A DNA stretch of 64,000 nucleotides, from the NCBI RefSeq assembly GCF_030144855.1, contig NC_082731.1, positions 22,382,001-22,446,000 on the forward strand. Reading direction: 5' to 3'. Under the pieces are notes generated by a model. That model searched no databases and had not been told where the DNA came from. It saw nothing but the letters and a program-made list of their open reading frames with translations. The translations under genes and the position numbers were made by a program. Below, piece after piece: positions 1-11,600 of this stretch. Positions within the stretch are counted from its first letter, which is position 1, and the number at the start of each line of letters is the position of its first letter. This DNA is from Hypanus sabinus (taxonomy: Eukaryota).

Positions 1-2517
1 TAACCCCCTCCGAGAGAATCTATATCACCCACAAGTTGGAACGACTGGTTTTGAAAGGGATAAGCTGATTGACTATCTCTACGGTGCCATGTTTGAGTTT
101 GGGATGAACAGCAACTCTCTAACGTATATCCTGACCACGGCGAAACCGGATGCCACAGGCCATCAGTGGTTGGCAGTTTTGTCTGCCAATGATTTCAGCC
201 GGAATTACCGGCCGTGGAGTCGGAACGTCGATGAGGATGCTTTGTCCCGACGGATGCATAAAGGACTGGAGAGGGAAGAGGACTGTGAGGGCGTTCCTGC
301 CCCTGGGGTGAAGGCCATGTGTGATGTACCATCACCGTGAGGGCAGAGTAAAAAGGAGAGGCCGTGTCAAGAAGTTGATAAATTAGTGGCTTCCGATGAC
401 GCCATACACCAAGTTGTATGTGTCCTCGATGCGTTGAAGACCAAGCAGCTGCTGGACTTGAGTTCCGGGGAAATGGCTACTGCTCAGCGAGATGATCCGC
501 GCATTGTCACTAATTGGTACGGATTTGAAAAGGGGAATATGTCTCAGTCGGAGATGTCGAAACACGCTTCGATGCTTCCATTACTGAAAGACTGGCCTCG
601 GGTGAAGTTGAAGAAACAAATCTTACACCGGGACACGTCACACCCCGAACGACCTCGGCGTTGCCAGGTGATCCTGCTCGAGAAGTAACAGCGGATTGTG
701 TTGAGGTCGCTTCATGATGATTCCAGGCATTTGGCAGTGGTTTGCTCAAAGACGGGTTTTAGTGGCCCCGAGTGAAGTTTGACGTTGAAGAATACAGCAA
801 GCCGTCATTCACTGCATACGGTGAAGACGCTGTCTGCGCGGGCAGCTCCAAAGTCTCACTTGCAGAGTGCCGAGCCCCTGGACCTGGTGTGTTTCGATTT
901 TTTTGTCCATAGAACGGGATGCCATTAACAAGGTGGATGTCTTAACCATCAAGGACAACTACGGCAGATATGCTCAGGCTTTTCCTACCAAGTACCAGAG
1001 GGTGATCTTGGTGGCAAACGTGTAAAGGGAGAAGTATTTCGTTCATTATGCTTGGAGTTGAGAAGTGGAAGACAACGCCCTATCACCCGTTGGGCGATAC
1101 CCAGTCTGACAGGTTTATTCTGGTTTTGCTAGGCATGCTAGCGACTCTGTAATTCAACAGGAAGAGCAGTGGAATCAACATATTGGGCATTGTTCTTTGT
1201 TACAACTGCACGCGAAATGAAGCTACTTGCTAATTGCCATATCATCTTACTTGCCCATTGACCTTTGTTTTGGGACCGAAGAGGTGACTTAGAAACCGAT
1301 GTCTTATCTGCGGTATGTGACTGATATGAGTGGAGAGCTGAATAGAGCTTATAAATTGGCTGGGATCAACACTGCCAAATAGAATCTTGGAAATAAGAGG
1401 AGGTATGATCAACAGGTAAGTCTTCCCTACTTCTGCAAGGAAATCGAGTCTTCATAAGGAATCTGGCCTTACCTGGAAAACAAAAGTTGGCTGAACGCTG
1501 GGCGACCACACCCTATGTGGTGGAGAGTCAGAAGCCAAACCGACTAGTGTTCTGACTGAAGCAATGGCGGGGAAATGGCCTGTCAAGATTCTTCATCGGA
1601 ACCACATTTTCGCCTAGGGCAAGTGATTCAGTTAGACCTGGAGCACGGTTGAGATCTACACAAAGTAAGAAGACTTTGAGGAAACGAGGGGCATTTACAG
1701 GGCCCAGAGCGGGAGATGCTGTGCCAGGGCCCGTCCCTAAAATGGATACTGATTCGGATGATGATGATCCGGATGTGTGGTGAAAGCTACCTTCTCCCCA
1801 TCGATTGAGAACGAGATTCCTGAACCTTCTCCCACTGGGGCAGCCTAGGGTACAGCAGGACCCCGAAGGATAGGAAGTGGAGCATGCACACGGAACAGAC
1901 ACTTTAAGTTGCACTGTGTTTTGAGTGATCGAACGAGGGACGTTTCGCCAAGCAGTAGCGAATTATCCCCAGTAGCGTCTGAGGAGGTACGGCGGTCTCA
2001 GAGATTTAGAAATCCACCGCATAGGTTGGCCTTTGCATCGCCTGGGGAACCGGGCTTGATCGCTACTGTTTAGGGGAGATATGTCACTGCACTCTGCTCC
2101 TGGATCGAGCTTTGTGTTTAGCAGTAAGTGTTCGAGAATTATTTCGACGTCTTGAGGCCATGACAAAATTCGACGTGTAGAGAATGCAGGATCTCTCAGT
2201 AATGTTCACTGATAAGACTAATGTAATGACTACTCTGTAATGTTAGCTGATGAGGTTGATTATATCCTATGTACTGTCTGATACGTTGCATTGTGATTTG
2301 TGGACGGGAATACATTACACAGCATCCACAGAAATTGGTGCCCATTCGCCTGTTCTTTATCGTCAATTCATTTATATTCATATTGCGGTCGTGACAGTGC
2401 CGAAGGACTATTTGAAAATTAATATTCAGAGTTAGGGGAGCGAACACGCTCTCTGAGCGATGCATCAAGCTTGCTGAGTGGTTAATGTTGTCGTTGGTGT
2501 AACGTGGGTGTGTCACA
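1..2517 (+). mobile_element. Decayed Gypsy-type LTR retrotransposon: integrase/3' pol remnant plus probable 3' LTR
   Basis: Broken frames give the integrase zinc-binding-like HDDSRHL and integrase-core remnants, and the typical pol tail EEVRRSQRFRNPPHRL near 1980-2030. The segment ends in TGTCACA at ~2517. Multiple stops and frameshifts; boundaries approximate. Confidence 0.75.
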
Positions 2518-3599
2518 AACACGGATTCGGCAGTGCAGTTGATACGGCAACTGCGCTTGTAAATATGCACATGTCACTTAATGAATACTAAAACGTGATA
2601 ATATTTAACTCCATACAGGTCATCGTACTGCTTGTGGAACTTCTACAAAGCACACCAACGCTTAGCTACCTACTTCCATTCGACCTTCCTTCAGAAACTG
2701 GACTGTCTAGTCATCTAATTCTGAAGACAACCGGTATTCATTAAATGTTTAGATGATCTTTTCAACCGCAATGTAGACTTCAATTTTCATTTGAGAGATT
2801 TCGTGAAAGGCCCCCTTGACGCCAAGCGTTTATTGCTTCATTTTAACTTGAACACTGTTCGCATTAAGTTTTCTGAATTATCGACCTGCTTCAGTCCTTT
2901 CACTTCGCACTTGGTCTATATACTAACCTGTAATAGGGTGACCTCGACGTTTTCTCGAATCTTTCACTGCTTCAGAATGAAAGATAAATGTTCTCATTCG
3001 CAACCAGTGTCCTCATTTCCACTCTGTTCCTGTTCCCCTACTTATCTGCACCGATAATTTAAACAGGCAGCAACTGTGTGTTAAAGACATTATATTCAGA
3101 AAACAAAATCAGAAATCAGAGCAAAGTCCTGAATTGTCTAAGACCCAGACGCGATATAAACATGAAAGCATAACCAAAGTGCTAGATCAGTGTCATTACC
3201 ACTACTAACGGGGGTCCAATGATTGAGAGTGCTGATCCTGAGGCCCTTAAACACGGATTTCCCATGACGTAATGTGCCACAAAATACTTAGCGTCTGAGA
3301 CGTAAATGTGCAGCAGTAAGCAATCGCACATTGGTCGATATGAACGCCGAAAACTGGATACATGCCGCTATTCCCAAGGGTCCATGACTTACATTAAACA
3401 AATTGCGTTGCTTCACTTTTGAATGACAGAGATGGATTAGCAGATGAACGGGTTACATTTAGCAGCAGATTTTGGAACCAAATGACATTATATATTATCA
3501 TTAACGTTCTGAGTATTATAGCTTTGTACATTTCAACATACAATTTTCATTTGCCTCTTTTCTGTACGCTTACAGCTTCCTTCATTGTTTTTTTTTTCG

Positions 3600-6500
3600 A
3601 TTAGCAAAGTTAAACGCGTTCGAGCGGCCCCTGGACAGTGATTCTCTTAGGGTGCCATGGTAGTGTATTCTCCAACAGATTTTTTTTTTATATTTTCAAT
3701 ATCTTTTTTTGTTGTCTTTAGTAGAGCATAACGCGATCTCTGGTTTGCACTAGTTCCGTGCAGTCCAGCTCTCTCTGTCCCTCACCCCCCACCCCCCATA
3801 TCGACCTTCCTCGCCTATTTGTTTGGCAGATTGCAGCAGATTGGATTTAGGCTTCTTTGATCGCACTGGTCTGGCCTCTGTTTGTTGGAAATGACTGCTC
3901 CGTTTGCCAATACGCCATCTAGTTTCACGTGGCAGCGGGACGACGTCGGGATGCTCCCAATGTCGTCTTGTGTTAGACATATTTTGTTCTTGTTATACTG
4001 TGTGTCAGTGATTCCCGCAGACCATATTTTGCAGTAATTGTGCTAGCACATGCGTGCAGTTGTGAAACTGTAACGTGACTGTAATATATTGACGCAGGCT
4101 GGAAAGAAATGCCAAAGGACTCCATTTTTCAAACCTTGTCACATTTCATCCAGGCGTCCCGTGAGGTCAACACTATTGCCCTTAATAAACGTTTTTTTTT
4201 TTCTCCTCGAAGTTCCGTATCTCTGGCTGTGCCATGTCACTCTTATTCCGGACTGTTACAATACCGCAGAGTGGGAAGTTTGCATAGCCGAGGCTTGCCT
4301 ACTCCGGAATGTGTTTCTGAAGATGATTCTGAGTTGCTCAATGGTCACTGCTTTGTCTATGGCCGAGTTGGCGCGCCACATTCGACCCGAACTTGGTGTG
4401 AATCCTTCTTGATTTATTAGCTTCTCATTGGTGTTCCCTTAGGCTAGAAGAACTATACACATTTCCACCACCTCCACTACCAATGACAACGGGAGCTGAA
4501 GCTAGCGTGATCTTATGCAGAGCCGCACTGAAGTAAATTTGAAGGGAATACTGAACCTCCTCCTCATTTGCCTGTTGACTTTCCTCTCCATGCATTCCGC
4601 AACGATCTTGGGTATCCCGTACAAAGTGAAAAGCCAGAGCACGCATGGAATGGAGCAGGTCATGTTGTTACGGCCATGTCTTATATTTACCTGTAAGACT
4701 GGTTCAGTCGATCATCTTCAGCGCTCCTCCTCCTGCTTTAGTATTTCGGTGATGTTAATGCTGCCCGTCATTCATGTATTAAACAGCATTCGAAAGACAT
4801 TTCACTGAGTTGTTCTTAATGGATGGGACGACTTCCTGATAACTGAACTTGCTAGTATCCTGGCATTATTTGATGACCGTGCATCTGGATTTCTTGGCGT
4901 ACCAAGTAGCCAGATGGTCATCCTATCCCAGCTAGCTGCTTTGCCCAGTGTTTTCAACACACATTTAGCCTGGACATGGTTTTGCAGTGGTTATTCTGAT
5001 GTCACCTGTGAACCCCCGCATTTCAGCTTGTCCGATGCTGAGCTCCGAGTCTGTGCCACGAGTTGCTTCTGCTGCTGCTAATCTGAGGCGATTCAAAGCC
5101 ATTGGAAAAAACGATCGAGAAGTTTGTGCAGCCGATGAGAATCCCTTTTGGAAGGTCTTGCCACCAGGTAGTAAAGTAGGCTGAAGTTAAGCGCAGCAGA
5201 AACTTCAAAGATATCTGATGATCCTGTCTCTCGCTACCGGCGGGATAAAGTCGCGGACCAGTCCTGTCTGGATGAGGACATGTAATGTCAACTGCAGGTA
5301 TTCGCGAGGTACAACCCGACGAATATTAGTTTGCCTTTATGGCACATGGCCCATCGAATAAATTGGCTGATTATTGAGATATGATCAAGAAGAGTGAAGA
5401 CAAATATGGGACATCACGTTTCTGACTGAAACAGTAGTTCTCCACGAAATAACAGGCCAGCCTTTGCGCAGGCACGGAGAAGAATATCTTGCAGTTCTCA
5501 CTGAAGAAAGAGATTGTCATTAACGGGATAATTATGGAGGATTTCTGTATTCTTGGAGACAAATCAACCTTCCACAATTTTGCAGATTGGTCGGATAGAG
5601 ACTGGGGTTTAAATCGTCTCCATTATCTTCAAGAAACACCGGGGAGGCTTTGGCCATTTATGATACAAATCGCGGTGTCCACTGTTGGGTCCTGAGGCGG
5701 CTGATGACCTTGCTTTCTTGATGATGTTCTGAACCTCCTTTCACGCTGGCTTGGGAGACTTCTGGATTGAATTTTAGTCCTTGATTCCTACAAAGATCGC
5801 TGTGCGATACCAGTTGAAAAAAACTTTCACCTGCTCCTTTAAGCTGGATAGGGTCGCCCATGTTTTCTGGCTGCGAAGATCCACGGTGAATATTTTTTTT
5901 TTTACAAAATATGAAAAAAATCTCTCTTTGGGACAGATGTAACCAGTAATCAATCACATTTCAAACAGTATACAGTTCCGTGCGGTCCCTATTTCTTTCA
6001 TAGAAATATATTTTTTCTACACCCGTTGCAAGGAACAATTCTACTTTAGATGTGTCGGCTGTGTCGTATGTGTGTTGCGGGCGAATGCGGTGTCAGGGAG
6101 GGTAAGCTGCTTTGCCGGGGTACATGTCCAGACCTTTTCTGCAAGGTTAGTCCACCTTTAGTCCCCACCTGGCACTCCGCTCACACCTGAGGTTTTGTGT
6201 AGCTGTTTGGATGCGACTGCAGCCGCAACCACGGCCTATGGATTCAACATGCCAGCTAAACCTGGTGAGGGTAGCCGACGGGTCTGACACCCTCGGTGAG
6301 AAAGGAAGTTGTCTATCCCAGCATAAGAAGAACAGACGCCGCCGGAATGTGCTTATGAGACCTATGGAACGTCCAAAGGTCGAGAAGTTTGTTTCTGCAA
6401 ACTTCGTGAAAAGTTTTGAGCAGTATAAGACACAGAAGACGGTCTGGTCATCCAGTACGCCTAATCCCATCTCCAGCCGTCTCGTCTCTGTCTTGCACTG

Positions 6501-6600
6501 GATCCCGAGGAAGTGAGAGTGAGGCTGACTCCTCGCAACTCTCCCTCCCTTAAATCCAAATCAAGCGCTGGTCCTGACACCATCATAATGCTGCGGAGGT
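3600..6600 (-). mobile_element. Decayed HERO-like non-LTR retrotransposon (RT plus restriction-like endonuclease)
   Basis: Minus-strand fragments EVQNIIKKARSSAASGPN, IISQFIRWAMCHKGKLIFVGLYLAN (resembles the VVWLDLANAYGS RT motif), EARPVRSKKPKSNLLQSAKQ and LLENTLPW (resembles ILVELTVPW of the RLE), in the order expected for this clade. Confidence 0.7.
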
Positions 6601-8296
6601 CCTCATCAGGGTCGACGATGGACGAACAAATTGTTGGTAGCTGATAAGCTGTGCATAGTTGTTCACGAGAGATCGTATTTCATCGGTTTCATGTTGATTT
6701 CATTTGCATCATTTCCACAGCATCTCTCACAGAAACTGTAGATAGCGTATAGTTGTACGACCTGCAGGACTCATCTTAAAAATCATTGAGGATGACATGA
6801 TCTTGTTATGAATTATAAGAAATTATCAGCATCCCCAACGATTGAAAAGCTGTTACTGCAAACAAAGCACTTTGCTTCACAGATAATTATTATCATTCTT
6901 ACGTGCACTGATCCTTGTTGTTTCACTTCTTTGAGTGCAAGAGTTTAATAAACTCGCTTAAAGTATCAATAGGCTGCCCTCCGTTTTCATGAACTTATTC
7001 TGGGAATAACAAACTTAAGATCAGTTCTCAAAATTGGATATCAATAGAGAAGAACAGAGAAAACGAGTTTGGCATTCTGGCGGTGAAGGCCATCCCTGTC
7101 AGATTTTACCGATCAAACTGTCTGGACTCATGTCCAATCAGTTTCGTCCTCCTTTCTCTGCAGAGTGTCAGTACGTACATGCGACCTATATTGTTGCAGA
7201 AGAGATAAGGCCATTCCAATTGTTGCAGAGTGCGCTCTCCTGAGCGCTCCATTCCGGCGAAAATGACAGTCACTCGGGACTTCCGAAATGGCAACAATTG
7301 CTTGGAATGATTACTTTCCCTACCATATATCGTGATAGAGCTAAAATAAGATGGAAAATGATTTGGTGAGACATTCCCTATGTAAACAATTATATATAGT
7401 GTTCTAACTTCTCGAACGATCCAGAGAAAAAAACGAGAGGAAAAAAACTCACAGCAACAACATCGGCAAAGTACATTTGCAGGTGAAATCTTTCACTTTA
7501 GTGGCCTGTCGCTGATAAAATAAACTCGGCATATGAAGCAAGATTGGTATACTTATTCTGTTGTTTTTTTTTCAAATGTAGCGATACAGGGTGGAGAAGG
7601 GCCAAATAACTCTTGAGCTACGCCGACCCTGCAACCACGGAACAAAAAAAAACTGACCAGTTCCACCTAATCACGGAACAATTTACATTTTCCACTTAAA
7701 CTACCCCGTGTATCTTTATTCTATTAAGGAAACTTGAATATCCAGGGTATTAAATATTCAGCATTCTCCCAGTTCAGGATTGACCTGTCACAAAGATAAG
7801 ACAGATTTGGCACAACTCATCTTCTCCCATGTCATTTGTTGCAAATCTTTCGGAGCTGCAGAACAATTTTAACGTACCACGAAATATCGGAACAAGCCAC
7901 CAAGTAGTTGAAGTGTATTCAACATCGTCATGGACTAGTACACCCATTTACTTGTTATTTCAAAGGTTTCAAAGATACTGTTAATGTCAGCGAAATGTAC
8001 ACTATAGACCTCCTGAAATACTTTTACTTCTCAACCAACCAAGAAAACTGAGGAGGGTCCTCAAAAAATGATTGATATTTAAATGTCAGAATCTCAAAGT
8101 TTCCTCCAGTTCCACTGTCTTCGGTCCGTAAGCGGCAGAAAGCAAAAACAATTTCACATCTCCCCTATTGGAGATCGAGGTGTAACGCTCCAGCACTATT
8201 AGAATGAGTTCACCTGTTACTCCATAGTAGGGCATTGCGATATAGGACTGAAAGCATGTTCAGAAGGAAAAGTAAGTAGATAAATTGTCATGTTAA

Positions 8297-10909
8297 CCCT
8301 TACATACCGTTCATATTCGATAACTTCACAGTATGGTCCGGGTGAATTTTGACACGATCCAAGAATCACCTCCTAACAAATATCTATATCAGATTTTGAA
8401 ACGCAGATGTGCTTAGAATGTATAAATAGTTATCAGATATGAATAAATTGGTGACATATCTTTAATTTATGTTTCAGAGAGCAGGGAGATTGTATTTTTT
8501 AATTTTGACACCACTCGTTTATGGAGAAAAAACATACACTATCACAAAATATCATATTCTATTTTACCTAAGAGATGAAAACATAACAGCCATAATGATT
8601 TAAATATATTTTACTGAAACTGACAATGGAAGAACATTCTAGAAATCCGGGGTATGCTATATAACCATTTATAACCATTACAGCAATCAAAAACTATCCT
8701 CCGTGCTATATCATAAAAAATCCTCATGATTACTATCTAATTATAACAATTAACTATTAATTCAAAATTAATTAACGTTTAGGCAACAACCAAAACAAAA
8801 ATAAAAGCTATTTGCAAACTAGCCTTCACATTCCAAGCAGTGGAAGGAAACCTTGCATGTGTGGCCATTACATATGCGTTTCCCACATTTACAATAAGTT
8901 GTCCATATTCTGAGATTTTCTTTTCTTTTTTTTTTGGCAGAACAGATTTGCATCTCCTTCTCTTCTGCCCTCCTGTGTTGGTCTCTTGCGGGACTTGTTG
9001 TTGCCAGGTTCAGATAGCTGCACTACCGTTACTAGTGCTGCTGAAGCTGCTGTGCCGGAAAGGCATGTCGTCTTTGTATATAAGATTGACAAGGGTCTTT
9101 CCAAACTCCTCCATAAACAACCTCCGCCATTTGCTCTTGCTTGCACTCCAGGTAGGGTTCAACACAGAGCTTCCGACATAGGCATTCTTGGTCGATATGT
9201 CAGCGATTTATGAAATATGGCGAGAGACAAGTGGGCTCTCTGAATCTGTATGTGCCTGTTACTTTGTCAAGGATGACCACTCCTCCTTTGTTGACATTAT
9301 AGGGAAGGATGATGGCAGTTTTCCTCTCCTTCTGAGAGCTGACCTCTACAAACTTTAGTAATTTGTTTATGATGACATTCTTGCTCTTCTTTTACATATA
9401 CAAGATAACTGTAGTGTTATGGGTGAAAGCAAACTTAGAACATAAGACGTCTCTCCTCCTTTTTGCAATCAGAGCATGTGGCAGCTCAGCCTTATTCTGC
9501 CTCACATATGTGAAGAACATTGTGATGTTCGTGTTCCGGAGCGCCTGACCAAGCTCATGACATGTGAAGAAATTGTCATAGGACACACTGTGTCTTCGTA
9601 GACCTTCTGTCATCTCTAATACGACGCGCATGACTTGCTTTCACTCCGGGGCTCCAGCAGTTAGCTTCCCAGTATATACTTGCATATTCCAAATATAAAT
9701 GGAACGTGCATCTCAGGCTGTCCATAACCTTATTCCATATTTTCCTGGCTTGCTTGTTATGTTCTGGCGGAAGGCACCCCGACATGCCAAAATACAAATC
9801 CTTCAATATCACAAGCAATATCATGTGCATATTGAAACAGTGATTAACTAGTCTAACTTTAAAAGGGAAAGCTTGTATTAACTCTGAATGGAATTAGACT
9901 TTCATCCACTGTGATATTAAGACCAGGGTTGTACTTCAGAGGCAGCCGTTCCACCCACTTGTCCCAGACATCCCTGATTGCAGCCAGTTTGCCGTAACAC
10001 GCCGCGTAGGTCCTGTCTCACCACTGTCAAATCTGAGCTTTGCCGATATGGTACAGAATATTCCCAGGGACATGCTGGTATGAAAGTTTGGTCTGCCCGT
10101 CTCTGCATTCCAGAGACTGGAAGGAGACTCACCTCGGGACCTATACCCACCAGGCAGTATTAGAAACCCCATGTAGATATGTCGGTCAGTCACATCCATG
10201 GTCTTCCGTTTTTCACCAGACCGTTTATTTCCCTCTATGTTTGTCATTTCAGCAGCATTTTCTTCAGTTGCTGGAGGGAATGGGAGCTGGAAAGTTGCTA
10301 AAATGTGGCATGCATTCGAAGTTCAGAGTCTTGTGGATCATGAAGTCATTCAAATTACATTTTCCACTGCCATCCTGCCTGCAAACGGATATGGAAGTGA
10401 GATCCAACTGATTATTTGATCCGTGGACATAAATGTATCCGTTGCTGCCTTCTCCTCTCTCTCAGCTTCATCTGCATCTGAGGCACTGTAATCAGTGTTT
10501 TCCTCCGTTTTGTCATCCTGCTCAAAACTTCTTCCTTCAAATCACTGTCTACTTGTTCATCTAGGAAGACCTGATCAATAACCTTTTGCACAGTAAGTCT
10601 TGCTACCATAACCTCAGTCACTGAAATGGCAGCTAGCATCAGCTTGTACTTCCAGATGCATATCTCGCGACAGTGTCTCGGGACCGTTTGTGCTTTTCCA
10701 GTGATACAGGTCAAATTTGACCCGGAACAGCCTCAATGTTCAAAACTTTGTAGCACCTGTAAAAAAGTATCACATTTTTAAATATATTTTTTATTTTTTT
10801 GTGTATTTGGGACACTTCAGAAAATATCATCAAATTTCGGCTAATAAAAAGGCATTTAGGGCGTCAAATGTCAAAAAGGGTTAAATTTGACCCGAACTAT
10901 ATGAATGGG
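8297..10909 (-). mobile_element. Decayed piggyBac DNA transposon
   Basis: Flanked by TTAA at 8293-8296 and 10910-10913 with CCC...GGG ends and a related subterminal motif (CGGGTCAAATTT-like). Transposase fragments MRVVLEMTEGLRRHSVSYDNFFTCHELGQAL...VRQNKAELP and TAASAALV resemble PGBD4-type transposases. Confidence 0.75.
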
Positions 10910-11266
10910 TTAAAAACAGCAAATGATGATTAATTCCGGAAACCGCACTGTTTGAGCACAGTAGTAGATATTGGAGAATAGCCACCATACCTCGCACTAC
11001 AACGATATTAGACTCTTCTTCAAAATGGTGTGAGGATAATAAACAATTGCAGGTTGTTATTTCTTCTGTCGTGTGAATGACTATATCTGGGGTTTTGTGG
11101 CCAGATGCCTCTACGGACAGACTGAGGAGTAACGTGCTGAAGTGATTCAATCAGATGTATAATCTGAGGAAATATACTGATATATAAGTGCATCATGGGT
11201 CTAGCAAGGACTTGCCGACGCGTAGAGAGCGACTGTTACACTCAGCTGCCACGAGAGCACCAACGT

Positions 11267-11305
11267 ATTTATTGTACAGGTTCAGAGGAGTTCTTTTCTC
11301 CTGTC
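11267..11305 (-). other. 23-RSS of V1, degenerate
   Basis: Minus strand GACAGGA + 23-nt spacer + ACAATAAAT directly after the CALRP codons. Confidence 0.8.
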
Positions 11306-11600
11306 GGCCTGAGAGCACAGTAATACATCGCAGTGTTTTCTGGATGTGTTTTGGATACTGTCATTGGTACCGTCCTACTCGAATCATTCAACTGCGCCGT
11401 GAACCGTTGTCGGAGAATATTCTGTCGGTGTCTGTCGAATCTCGTAAGGAGCAACTGAAACTCCAAGGAACTTCCGGGATACTGACGATACCAGAACAAT
11501 TCAGGGTTCGAGCTTGCAGTTGTATCGTTACAATTTAACACTGCGACGTCCCCTTCCCCGACTGCAGTGAGAGGAGGTCCCTCTGTTCTCTTTGGAGACG
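11306..11600 (-). pseudogene. TCR alpha/delta-like V segment V1, probable pseudogene
   Basis: Ig V-set hallmarks: EGDVAVLNC (first Cys), LFWYRQYPG (Trp), ENTAMYYCALRP (second Cys). The RSS heptamer lacks CAC. No in-phase splice acceptor was found. The candidate leader near 11735-11787 appears frameshifted. 5' boundary approximate. Confidence 0.8.

Noticed and set aside
3060-3290. Faint V-like words (QKSEQSPEL, RSVSL, LRP) and ACAAAATAC
   Set aside because: The words fall in different frames, there are no conserved Cys codons, and heptamer-nonamer spacing fits neither 12 nor 23.
3913-3923. CTCF-like core ACTAGATGGCG on the minus strand
   Set aside because: It lies within HERO coding sequence, showing that such cores occur by chance; counted as background.
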